Positions 11,991-23,190 of a stretch of 36,204 bases of DNA are shown here, one piece after another. The first letter of the stretch is position 1. The number at the start of each line of letters is the position of its first letter. The position numbers and the translations under genes were made by a program. The stretch spans positions 1 through 36,204 of the forward strand of contig JAXLNO010000372.1 in the NCBI GenBank assembly GCA_038087875.1, written 5' to 3'. This stretch comes from Malacoraja senta. Taxonomy: Eukaryota. Below the pieces are notes generated by a model. That model ran no database searches and was not told where the DNA came from. It saw only the letters and a list, made by a program, of their open reading frames with translations.

Positions 11991-12190
11991 GTCTCCCCAG
12001 TAGCCTTTGCAGATCTCCCCGCCAAGATATCGGTCCCCCTCAGGTTCAAGTGCAACCCATCCTTTTTGTACAGGTCGAACCTTCCACAAAAGAGGTCCCA
12101 ATGATCCAGAAATTTGAAACCCTGCCTTCTGCACCAGTCCTTCAGCCACGCATTTATCCTCCACCTCGCTCCATTCCTACTCTCACTAGG
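11981..12190 (-). pseudogene. CR1 ORF1 C-terminal fragment (SGNH/GDSL esterase domain)
   Basis: Manual translation: ...INAWLKDWCRRQGFKFLDHWDLFCGRFDLYKKDGLHLNLRGTDILAGRSAKATGETLN*; DGLH is the SGNH DxxH block; open throughout. Confidence 0.9.
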
Positions 12191-12204
12191 GTGTTTTTAA
12201 TAAC

Positions 12205-13040
12205 CCGCAGCTCCGCACTTGCTCCCCCTCCCCCCATTCGTAACAAAGACAGAGTCCTCCTTGTCCTCACCTTCCACCCGATCAGCCGTTGCATACAGCA
12301 CATAATCCTCCAACATTGTTGCCACCTCCGACGGGATCCCACTACTAGCCACATCTTCCCATCTCCACGCCTGCCTGCTTTCCGTAGAGACTGTTCCCTC
12401 CGCAACTCCCTGGTCAACTCGTCCCTTCCCACCCAAACCACTCCCTCCCCGGCAACCGTAGGAGATGCAACACCTGCCCCTATACCTCCTCCCCTCGACC
12501 CCGTCCAAGGACCCTGACAGTCTTTTCAGGTGAAGCATAGGTTCACTTGCACCTCCTCCAACCGCATCTACTGTTTCTGCTATTCTACGTGTAGACCCCT
12601 GCATATCGGCGAGACCAAGCAGGCTTGGCGATCATTTCGCTGAACACCTCCACTCGATCCGCCTAAACCTACCTGATCTCCTGGTTGCTTAACACTTTAA
12701 CTCCCCCTCCCATTCCCAATCTGACCTTTCTGTCCTGGGCCTCCTCCATTGTCAGTGAGGCCCAGTGCAAATTGGAGGAACAGCACCTCATATTTTGCTT
12801 GGGTAGCTTGCACCCCAGCGGTATGAACATTGACTTCTCTAACTTCAAATAGCCCTTGCTTTCCCTCTCTCTCCATCCCCTCCCCCTTCCCAGTTCTCCT
12901 AACAGTCTTACTGTCACTGATTACATTTTATCTCTGTACCTCCCACTCCCCCGACATCAGTCTGAAGAAAGGTCTCACCCATTCCTATTCTCCAAAGATG
13001 CTGCCTGTCCCGCTGAGTTACTCCAGCATTTTGTGTCTGC
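12205..13040 (+). mobile_element. Penelope-like element 3' part (GIY-YIG region + terminal repeat)
   Basis: RNKDRVLLVLTFHP...FRRDCSLRNSLV...HIGETK, ending in the terminal repeat, whose hammerhead core is partly deleted at ~12977. Confidence 0.85.
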
Positions 13041-13410
13041 CCAGAAATTTGAAGTTGTTGGTTCTCTCTCCCGCTGACCCTTTGAAGACAGGTTTGCAGA
13101 TCTATGGCTTTCCCATTCTAAATTCAACAATCAACTCCTTGGTTTTGCTGATGTTGAGAGCAGAGTCATTGTTCAGGCATCGTTCAATCATCTTATCAAT
13201 CTTTCTCCTATATTATGACTCATCACTACCCATTATTCATCCAACAACAGTGATGTGTTTGGTAATTTTAAAGGTGGCGTTGGTAAGTCAAAAGTATCGA
13301 AAGACAGTTGAGCATGGGACTGAGCACACAGCCATCTTGTACAGATGGCTATTGAGGAAGACGTGTTGCCAATTTGTACAGATTGTCAATGAGGAAGTCT
13401 AGTTGCACAT
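13040..13410 (-). mobile_element. Degenerate Rex1/Babar-like RT fragment
   Basis: Minus strand LNISKTKELIVEFR...NNFKFLG. Confidence 0.6.
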
Positions 13411-13514
13411 AGACCCAGTTCCCTGATTCTTCCTCATGGTGAAATGTTATCCTCTCTTCATCCTTCACCATTTTCCCCACACCTTATTAAGGTTCCTTGA
13501 ATTTTGGCATACGT

Positions 13515-13625
13515 TGAGTCCGAAGAAGGGTCCCGACCCAAAACTCCAAGATGCTTGATCCACTGAATTACTCCAGCATTTTGTGTTTTGCTCAAGATTC
13601 CAGTATCTGCAGTTCCTCATATCTC
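13515..13625 (+). mobile_element. Degenerate Penelope-like terminal repeat
   Basis: gtccgaagaagggtcccgaccc...ttactccagcattttgtg. Confidence 0.65.
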
Positions 13626-14119
13626 CCTGAATTTCTACTAGACTTTAAGCTTCCTTCAATAATTTGACACCTCCTTTCTCTACTGATCATCTCCTAGACC
13701 CCTCAATTATCACTCCCAATCCTTCTCCCCTCCCCACAACTACCCACCTCCAGATTTTCTTTATTGCATTTTCTTCATGAAAGTCTCCCTGTCCTCTCTC
13801 TAATGACAATTTTCCCCACAGCGTGTCTTCAATGTATATCTGTCTATGTTAACGTATTTCTAGTCCAAATAACATTGACAAAGGTCTGTAGTCCATGTAC
13901 ACTGGTTTGCCCCACATATAAATGCACAAGAAATGAGATTGTGCACCTCTCGAGAGAAGAATGAAGATTCATGCAGATAATTATAAGCTGAAACAGTAGA
14001 GAATGGTCATGATAAATAGCCAGCTACAATGAGGTTAATTTGGTGAGGAAGCATGGCTATTTCTGGCTAGTATAAACTAAAGCTTTTACCAGTATAATGG
14101 TAGCTTTGATAAGGAGTTA

Positions 14120-14452
14120 AACCCCTGTCCCACGGTACGAGTTCATTCCAAGAGTTCTCCCGAGTTTGCCCTGATTCGAACTCGGAGATTTACGGTAATG
14201 GCCACTCGTTGGTACTGGGGGCTCTCGTGGACATTTTTCATCATGTTGAAAAATCATCACGAGTCTTCCCGTGCTTACCTGCCGTTAGCGAGTCTTCCCG
14301 AGTACCTGCCGTTAGCGCTAAGAGACGTCCCCGAGCTCCAACGTACCCGCTACGTTCATTCTCCGTGCTTACCACGAGTTTGATTTTTTTTAAACTCGGG
14401 AGAGTTTTAAATTTTCATTCTTGGAATGAACTCGTACTGTGGGACAGGGCTA
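14120..14452. mobile_element. PIF/Harbinger-type MITE A (333 bp)
   Basis: TIR ccctgtcccacRgtacgagttcattccaaga at both ends; TTA duplicated at 14117-14119 and 14453-14455. Confidence 0.85.
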
Positions 14453-14714
14453 TTAGTAATCAGTTTTTGCATGAAAGAATTTAAATGTGGGATTTTTATG
14501 ATAAGTGTCTCATTTGTTTGGCGATTTAACTTGGAACCGTTTAAAATAAAATGGGATTTGGCAGGCGTCTCTTCCTGGGGACCCAGTAGAACGGCCTGCC
14601 AGCTATTAAATACATTGTATGAATAGTCGGAAACCCCCCTGCACTTAGTAGAGGTGGGAGCAAGGAAGGGTCAAGGTTTAGAAGATTTAGATGCAGGTTT
14701 ACAAAAAAAGGCTC

Positions 14715-14976
14715 AAAGTGCAGGAGTAATTCAGCGGGTCAGGCAACATCTCTGGAGAACGTGGATAGGTGACGTTTCACAGAGTGCTGGAGTAATTCAA
14801 CAGGTCAGGCAGCATCTCTGGAGAACATGGATAGGTGATGTTTCACAGAGTGCTGGAGTAATTCAACAGGTCAGGCAGCATCTCTGGAGAACGTGGATAG
14901 GTGACGTTTCACAGAGTGCTGGAGTAATTCAACAGGTCAGGCAGCATCTCTGGAGAACGTGGATAGGTCACGTTTT
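14715..14976 (-). repeat. Four tandem 66-bp units derived from the Penelope-like terminal repeat
   Basis: Units begin at 14715, 14781, 14847 and 14913 (22-aa repeat in ORF 14654-15085); an inverted degenerate copy follows at ~14993-15085. Confidence 0.92.
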
Positions 14977-15530
14977 GGTCGGACAGGGCGGACAAAATGT
15001 CCATTCCCTCCACAGATGCTGCCTGTCCGGCTGGACTCCTCCAGAGCTGTGTTTTGCTCAGGATTCCAGCAGCTGTAGTTCCTAACTATCTAAGAATTAC
15101 TTAAAGCTCCATTTTAGACATTAACCTCATCAAAACACGTTGAAATTCCAACCCATGCAAAGGTAATGGCCGTCATCATTATAAAGGACTGGCCATTTAC
15201 CACAAATGAGCAGATTTAAATTTGGTCCATGACGTTTTGGATGTCTTGTAACTTATTTTCTTGTTAAAACTTGAACGCTGATTAAATACTGAAGGGCTTT
15301 GCTGCATTTGTCACCTAAAGCTGTAAGCAACTGCAACACAGTTAAATACCAATATCACATTCTATCCACAGAATGTTGCAGCTGTTCCAGTAGATTTACA
15401 AGAGCATACCATTCATTTTTTTATTTTACCCTACCAAGCCTTATAGGGCAATTTTAGTTATCCCATGCTTCTACCTATTCCACATTCTTGTTTGTTAAAC
15501 TAGACCAGGACGAGAATTTCAGAGCAAACT

Positions 15531-16170
15531 GCTCTCTCAGTCTGAAGAAGGGTCTCGACCTGAAACATCACCTATTTCTTTTCTCAGCGAGAGGCAGCAT
15601 CTCTAGAGAGAAGGAATGGGTGACGTTTCGGATCGAGACCCTTCTTCAGACTGAGAGTCAGGGGAGAGGGTGTCTAGAGTATGGAATGGTGGTGTGAAAA
15701 TTACAGATCAAAGCAGACGATAATAAGGATAATGGATCATTCATAGCTGAGGAGTGACAAGGAGGCATACAATCAGTAAAATTAATCAGGACAGTGAAAC
15801 TAGTCGGAGAACTTGGGTGGGGGAGGGACTGAGGGAGGGAAAGCAAGGATGCTTGAAGTTAGAGAAGTCAATATTCATACCGCTGGGGTGTAAGCTGCCC
15901 AAGCAAAATATGAGGAGCTGTTCCTCCAATTTGTGCTGGGCCTCACTCTGACAATGGAGGAGGCCCAGGAGAGAAAGATCAGTGTGAGAATGGGAGGGGG
16001 TTTTAGCAACGGGGAGATCATGTAGGTTTAGGCGGACTGAGCGGAGGTGTTCAGTGAAATGATCTCCAAGCCTGCGCTTGGTCTCGCCGATATATAGGAG
16101 TCCATGCCTGGATCAGTGGTTACAGTAGATGAGGTTGGAGGGGGTGCAAGTGAATCTCGGCCTCACCCAC
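15531..16170 (-). mobile_element. Penelope-like 3' fragment with an adjacent inverted terminal repeat (15531-15585, + strand)
   Basis: GIY-YIG coding region 15845-16170 on minus; terminal repeats in opposite orientation at 15538-15572 and 15619-15653. Confidence 0.85.
15619..15653 (-). ncRNA. Minimal type I hammerhead ribozyme motif
   Basis: Minus strand cagt-CTGAAGA-a-gggtc-tc-gatcc-GAAA-cGTC-acc: both core boxes, helix II, palindromic ACGT helix III and a GUC triplet; helix I is weak. Confidence 0.65.
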
Positions 16171-16606
16171 GGTTACAGAAATGGATCCTCTTGACCCACA
16201 TCTTCCATTCTGATTGTTTGGTCAGTCTGAGCTAAGCCCCACTGCACCTTTTCATGGTTTCAATGCAACTTTATTGTCACGTACCTAGCTATAGTGAAAT
16301 TGTATTTCTTGCAGGTAGACACAAAATGCTGGAGTTACTCAGCGGGACAGGCAGCATCTCTGCACAATCATACCCAAGTGCATGAGTGTAGGAGTAGGAT
16401 TACAATAAGGCGGTACACAAGAGTCGCCACATTTCCACCACCATCTTGTATCTTTCAAGTTTCAAAGTTCTTAAAAATGTAAATTCTTAACTTAGCCTTA
16501 AAAGCCCGTTGTCCTGATGGCGGCATTGCTGTATCTTTCCTGTCTAAATTCCTGTAAAACTGCCTTTTAAATGTGGTCATTATATCTGCCTCCATCACAT
16601 CCCTTG

Positions 16607-16755
16607 GGCCCAACTTGCCCACACTGGCCAACAGGTCCCAGCTACATTAGTCCCAAACGCAGGCAGGTGGGACTAATGTAGCCGGGACATGTTGGTAGTG
16701 TGGGCAAGCTGGGCCGAATAGCCTGTTTCCACGCTGTATCACTCTATGACTCTAT
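16607..16755. repeat. Fold-back of two CR1 3' UTR copies (~48-bp arms at 16607-16715)
   Basis: ggcccaacttgcccacactggccaacaggtcccagctacattagtccca versus its near reverse complement after a 12-nt spacer. Confidence 0.8.
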
Positions 16756-16800
16756 CCTCTGACAGATAGCCGTCTTCTGCGTGTAAATCTTGCCCCTTCA

Positions 16801-17254
16801 TGGGCCTGTCCCACTTAGGCGATTTTGACAGTCGCCGGCTGTCAAAAAAACTGGGAACTGGAACGGCGACTGTCAGAGTGGAACACATCGCAAAGGCGGG
16901 GCAAGCGCTGTCTGAAATTCACAGGGTACAAAGCCAAGGTGATACTGACACACACCGTGATGAACAGGAAGGTTGGCGCTGTAATTAAGATGGCTAGCTC
17001 GACTACCCATAACTACATGGCGACCCCACTACAACTGCACCTACGACTACAAGATTATCGATTATCTCCATGGCGACCAATGTTGAAAAATTTGCGGTGA
17101 CCATACTGAGGCTGCGACTAGTTCCCAGAATGTGGGAACTCCTCGCGACCATGAAGGAGACACACCAGAGACCATCAGCGAACATGTGGCGACCACATGG
17201 CGACCGCAGATCTCCTGCACTCACCTATAAAGTCGCCTAAGTGGGACAGGCCCA
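16801..17254. mobile_element. PIF/Harbinger-type MITE B (454 bp)
   Basis: Perfect 22-bp TIR tgggcctgtcccacttaggcga; flanks TCA (16798-16800) and TAA (17255-17257). Confidence 0.85.
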
Positions 17255-17371
17255 TAAACTTTACGCACTCAGTGCTGCAGTGTAATATATGTTACAACAA
17301 CCTGCCCTCCAGTGTATTTTCTAAATACTTTGACCACAAGGAAAGAGTGGGTACAATGGTTACCCATATCA

Positions 17372-17492
17372 GTCTTGACCCAAAACGTCACCCATTCCTT
17401 CTCTCCAGAGATGCTGCCTGTCCCGCTGAGTTACTCCAGCATTTTGTGTCTATCTTCGATTTAAACCAGCATCTGCATGCAGTTCCTTCCTA
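17372..17492 (+). mobile_element. Penelope-like terminal repeat fragment
   Basis: gtcttgacccaaaacgtcacccattccttctctccagagatgctgcctgtcccgctgagttactccagc. Confidence 0.8.
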
Positions 17493-18004
17493 CCCATATC
17501 GAAAGCCTACATTGAACTAATATTTGGTCTAATTTTCTGGATCAGGACCTCGTCAAAGGCCTTGCACTGTAGACTGCATCTACTACTCTGCCCTTATCAA
17601 TTCTATTGCTCTGCTATAAAAAAAACGTCAATCAAATCTGTGAGACATGATTTCCCGCTTACAAAGGCATGCAAACAATTGTTTATTAGCCCTTGCCTTT
17701 CCAATGCTGGTAGATCCAGTCTCTGAGAATCCCAGTCATCTACACATTTTCCACAGCCCCAATATCATCCCATCCAATTTATCTAAATTACCTATTAGTT
17801 GTAAATATATCATTTGTCTTTGTAAGGGCATCCAGATATAACGTTCTTCCCAGCAAATAAAATGTAATCTAAAATGTAATCAATGAAGCAGTGATTAATA
17901 TATTTTTGAAGTATTGAATGGATACATGTTTTAATACAGGTGTTTATAATTTTTTATGGTAAATATTACAACTGCTGTATTTTTAGAAATTACTTAAAAT
18001 AAAT

Positions 18005-18190
18005 AGCAAATGTGACTCCCTTGTTCAAAAAAAGGAGCAATGATAAACCCAGCAAGCCCAACCTCGTGATGTGATCAATTTATAAACATTGATCTGGATC
18101 AGGATTAATAGTCACCTAAAGGAGAATAGATGAATTAAGCCAAGTCAACATGCACTTGTTAAAGGCAAATTGTGTTTAGTTAATTTGGTG
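18005..18190 (+). mobile_element. Old CR1 RT fragment
   Basis: ANVTPLFKK...SQHALVKGKLCLVNL. Confidence 0.55.
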
Positions 18191-18439
18191 TTTGTTTTTA
18201 ATGTCACATGCACTATGATGCATTGAAAAACGATGGTTTGTGTGTTATCCAGAAAAATCATCCCCTACACGAGTACACCAGACAGTGCAAAATAGAAAGG
18301 AAACAGAGTTACAACTACGGAGAAAGTGCAATGGGAGGATCACAATGAGGTTGATTGGGAGAGACGAGAAGAGAGAATGACTGGAGTGTGAGTGGCCCTT
18401 AATTATTGTTGCTGCCTTCCCGAGGCAGTGGGATTACTC

Positions 18440-18850
18440 GTGTGAGCCTCGGCAGCGGAGTCTCGACGGCGACGGTGGAGCCTCGGCGGCAGCGGTAAGA
18501 CCTCGGCGGTGGCGGTGGGGACTTGGCAGCGGCGGTGGGCCTCGACGGCGGCGGTTGGACCTCGACAATGGCAGCGGGGCCTCAGCAGTGGTGGTAGAGC
18601 GGTGGCGGTGGGGCCTCGTGGCCGAGGGTGCCTCATGGCGGCAGCGGTGAAGCCTCGCGGGTCAACGCATGGTTGGCGTTCGATGAGGGCGCGGGAGAAG
18701 AACAATGGAGGTCCCAGCGTGGAGGAGGGGGGGAACAAAGGGGGACCCGGCATAGGGGGACTGCCGTGAGGGACGGGGAAGAACAATGAACAATGGGGGA
18801 CCTGAGATGGGGGACCGCCGTGAGGGGGGACAACAATGGAGGTCCCGGAG
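18440..18850. repeat. GC/CpG-rich degenerate minisatellite block
   Basis: About 10 copies of a ~20-bp 'gcctcggcggcRgcggtgg' unit, then 3 longer units with 'gaacaatgg...ggggac...ccgtgaggg'. Confidence 0.7.
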
Positions 18851-18922
18851 CGGTTATTTTGCTCGATCTGTTAATCTTGCGTATGGTTTGATTGTACGTA
18901 TGATAGTATGATTTGACTAATA

Positions 18923-19240
18923 CACGGTCAGCACGAGGGCACAGCGGTAGAGCTGCTCCCTTACAGCGCCAAAGACCCGGGTTTGATCTTGACTACGGGT
19001 GTTGTCTGTATGGAGTTTGTACGTTCTCCCCGTGACCTGCGTGGGTTTTCTCCAAGATCATCGATTTCCTCCTCACATCCAAGACGTGCAGGTTTGTAGG
19101 TTAATTGGCTGAGTATAATTGTAAAACTATTCCGAGTGCGCGTAGGAGTGTTAGTGTGCGGGGAACACTGGTTGGCGTGGACGCGATTGCCCGAAGGGCC
19201 TGTTTCCACGCTGTATCTCTAAACTAACCTAAACTAAACA
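18923..19240 (+). mobile_element. tRNA-derived V-SINE (HE1-like)
   Basis: A/B-box-like head (gcacagcggtag / gggtttgatc), central tgtatggagtttgtacgttctccccgtg, CR1-like 3' end gaagggcctgtttcc, (ctaaa)n tail. Confidence 0.85.
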
Positions 19241-19354
19241 GGGAAACAAAGGTTTTTACTCTATCTCGGTACATGTGATAGACTTAAACCAAGATCAATA
19301 CTCCACCCCAGAATCTCCTTTCGCAGTTTGACACCAATTTCTTTTGTGATTTAA

Positions 19355-19705
19355 TGGGCAGGAAGGAACTGCGGATGCTGGTTTAAACCGAAAATAGACA
19401 CTAAAAGCTGGAGTAACTCTGCGAGACAGGCAGCATCTCTGGAGATAAGGAATGGGTGACGTTTCAGGTCAAGACCCTTCTTCAGACTGGTTAGGGATAA
19501 GGGGAACGAGAGATATAGACGATGATGTGGAGAGAAAAAGAACAATGAATAAAAGAAATGCAAAAAAGTAACGTTGATAAAGGAAACAGGCCATTGTTAG
19601 CTGTTTGTAGGGTGGAAACAAGAAGCTAGTATGAATTGGGTGGGGGAGGGAGGGAGAGAGAGAGAGAGAGAGAGAGAGAATGCCGCTGCTACCTGAAGTG
19701 AGACA
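19355..19705 (-). mobile_element. Penelope-like 3' end/terminal repeat
   Basis: Matches 8082-8262 and 7163-7255; contains a (GA)n run at 19654-19679. Confidence 0.85.
19455..19489 (-). ncRNA. Minimal type I hammerhead ribozyme motif
   Basis: Minus strand cagt-CTGAAGA-a-gggtc-tt-gacct-GAAA-cGTC-acc. Confidence 0.62.
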
Positions 19706-20585
19706 TGCCCAAGCATTTTTGATTTACCTTTCTGTGACATGCCTGTCGTCATTCACTATATTAACTGCAATATAAATGTGAGTTATTGTACGATAGCCTG
19801 CAGCTGTGTTCTCAGTTTGCTATTCTTGTCTCCAAATTGCACACACACACTGCTGAGCTGCCTCCAGTCTGTTGGTTCCTATTCTGCTCCACGACTGCTC
19901 TTTGCCTTTGTGCCATGGGATTTAATGAGCCGATGGATCTAGCCCAATGCCTGAAATTACAGTCCATGATGGCCACCTGCCTGTGGTGAACTGTTAAATT
20001 AGTCTCTATATCAGTCATTAAATGTTGCACCACTAATTAGCAGAACCTTTAAACGGCAAAGCAAGCACTTGTGTTTGTCTCCAGGGAGATAGAATTGAAA
20101 AGTATGGAAGTTATGCAAAATCTACATCATATACTTCACAGGGCTGCAAGGTGGCGTAGTTGTAGAGCTACTGCCTTACAATACTAGTGACCCGGGTTCG
20201 ATCTTGACTACGGGTGCTGTCTGTACGGAGTTTGTACGTTCTCCCCGTGACCTCCGTGGGTTTTCCCAGAGATCTTCAGTTTCCTCCCACACTCCAAAGA
20301 CATACAGGTTTATAGGTTAATTGGCTTGGTATAAATGTAAGTTGTCCCTAGTGTGTGCAGGGTAGTGTAAATGTGTGAGGATCGCTGGTCGGTGCGGACT
20401 CAAGATTCAAGATGATTCAAGATGGGTTTATTGTCACACTAGACTAAGTGGGACCCGTTGGGTCCCAGCTTCACACGGGAGGGCTGGTCCCCCAACGCAA
20501 TATTCCACCTCTCCACCTATTCCAATATTGCTGGCCAGTGGGGGCGTTCTGGAGCGCTAGCATGGGTGTTGTGGGCTGAAGGGAC

Positions 20586-21072
<487 letters not shown>

Positions 21073-21160
21073 ATATATATGACAGTAAACTTTCTTGAAT
21101 CTACTCACACGGCTGAGCGCGGCCTCTCCACTGTGGGGCTTCCGCAGTCAGCGGCACTTC

Positions 21161-21462
21161 CGCAATCAGCGTGACCTCTGCACTTACCGGAAATTACGCA
21201 ATCAGCACGACCTCTGCACTCACTGGAAATTACATAATCAGCACGACTTGTCCACTAAGCGGAAGTCACGAAAAGAGCGGGACTTTGGACTAAACACAGT
21301 CGGATCTAAAAAAGCATTTATTCCTTCCAAACACAGTTGGACCTAATAAAGCATTTATTCCTTCCAAACACAGTCGGACCTAATGAAGCATTTATTCCTT
21401 CCAAAGACAGTCGGACCTAATAAAGCATTTATTCCTTTCAAACACAGTCGGACCTAATAAAA
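21161..21462. repeat. Helitron-internal minisatellites: 36 bp x ~2.5 (21161-21247) and 37 bp x ~4.6 (21292-21462)
   Basis: Unit starts 21161/21197/21233 and 21292/21329/21366/21403/21440. Confidence 0.9.
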
Positions 21463-22868
21463 CATTGCAGTTTCAAGCACAGGCAGGGCAGCAGGCCAAA
21501 CCACTCATGACATTGTCATTAAGGGCTAACAAATCATTTATTGCAAGTACATTGCAGACACACAGTTCCGTTCATTCACAGCTTAGAATGACAGTCGTGG
21601 CCTCCCCCTCGTGATCTGGCAGAGTGACTGACTCGCATCCAGGCATCCGGGGTTTTATAGTCCTGCCCCCCCCCCCCGGAAGGGGCGTTACCTTCATCGC
21701 GGTGATTGACAGGCAAGAGGACCAATCAGCTGATCTCAAGGTTTTTTAAACACTCATAACTTTTTTATTTTTCATCGATGGGCAAAATCCTCGGGGCCTG
21801 CTCAGCGGAGGAGGACTGTGAGTAAGATGGCCAAAAATCACAGCGATACAAGGTAGCTTTTTTTTCTAAAATCAATATACAGCGCAGACAGGAAGTGGTC
21901 AAGATGAGACTTGTAATTATATAGTTGTACCAGAAGGTACAGTGAAATTCGAGTTACCATACGGCCACATCAAGTGAAAAGCAGTAAGACACACAATCAC
22001 ATAAAATAAAATTGAACATAAACATCCACCACAGCGGCTCCCCACATTCCTCACCATGATGCAAGGCAATAAAGTCCAATCTCTCCCTCTTTCTTCACCG
22101 CAGTCGGGGCCATCAAAGCTCCCACAGCCGGCGATCCGAGGCCCTTGCATTGGGGTGATGGAACTCCCTCGTTGGGATGGTTGAAACTCACCACGGCTTG
22201 GAGCCCCGACTCAATCTCTAACCAGGAACCGCGATGTTTAAACCGGGCTCCAAGATATTAAAGTCCACAGGCCGCGCGCGGTTGGAGCTCACCACAGTCG
22301 ATCCCCGGCAAGGGGATCGCTAATCAACAATTGTAAGTTCGCGCCATGCCTGCGTTGAAATGCCGGGTCGGTCTCCAAGAAAGGCCGCGCCGTTCCACGA
22401 TGTAAGGCCGCAATGGGGGACGGAGATATGACACAGAAAAAAATCGCATCCTCGTCAAGGTAAGAGATTGAGAAAAGTTTCGACCCAAACCCCCTCCCCC
22501 CCACACAAATCAAACCAAGTAACACTAAAACATACTTTTAACACATACTTAGTGGGCCGAAGGGCCTGTTTCCCCACTGTATCTCTAAACTAAACTACTA
22601 CGGCATAAATTTCTGTTTGTCATATAGAAATGTTACAGAGAAACTATTAATATGAGGCTGCATGCAGCACAGCATTCCTTTCCTCTTGTGTAAACCAGAA
22701 ATTACTGAACAGTGCTCTTCAGAATTGTGAAAGATTTTGATAGTGGAATGAATGTTTCCACATTGGGATATTGGTATGAGTTGATTAATGGCACATGCAC
22801 TGAGATGCAGTGAAAAGCCTTTGTTTGCATGCTGTCCAGTCAAATCAGATAATACTACACATGAATGC

Positions 22869-23190
22869 AAAACGCACCCATCCCAACGTTTAAAATGTGG
22901 ATTACAAATATGTTGGAAATATTACATCTTGAGGAAATGAGACTTGTTCTAGCAGGAAAACCAGAACAATTCTTCAAGATATGGTCGCCTTTTATTGATT
23001 TATTACAAGTGTAATATGGTGCAACATAACCCTGGAAAGTAACTGTTTTAGAACTAGGTGAGGGGTGTGTAACATTACGAATTAGGCACATTTCCCTTTC
23101 TTTTCTGTTTAGTTCTTTTTTGCATTTTCTTCTTATTTCCTTTCTTTCTCAAGGCCCTTTTATTTTCGGGGCTTTTTTTTTTCTACACTT
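22869..23190 (+). mobile_element. L1/Tx1-clade LINE ORF2 C-terminus and T-rich 3' UTR
   Basis: 22871-23014 reads NAPIPTFKMWITNMLEILHLEEMRLVLAGKPEQFFKIWSPFIDLLQV*, resembling fish L1-type C-termini. Confidence 0.7.

Larger units (their letters stand above)
8768..12190 (-). mobile_element. Young CR1 LINE, 5'-truncated within ORF1
   Basis: ORF1 esterase tail, complete APE-RT ORF2, short 3' UTR with hairpin, and an 8-bp tandem tail seen as (acatagat)n at 8768-8787. Confidence 0.95.

Noticed and set aside
14654..15085. 143-aa repeat protein or CRISPR-like array
   Set aside because: Contiguous 66-bp tandem units with no unique spacers, derived from Penelope terminal repeats; eukaryotic context, no cas genes.
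18923..19000. tRNA gene (also at 20139, 26896 and 35087)
   Set aside because: tRNA-derived SINE heads continuing into SINE body and tail; no complete cloverleaf.
21292..21462. 37-bp repeats of CRISPR-like length
   Set aside because: Head-to-tail minisatellite without spacers.
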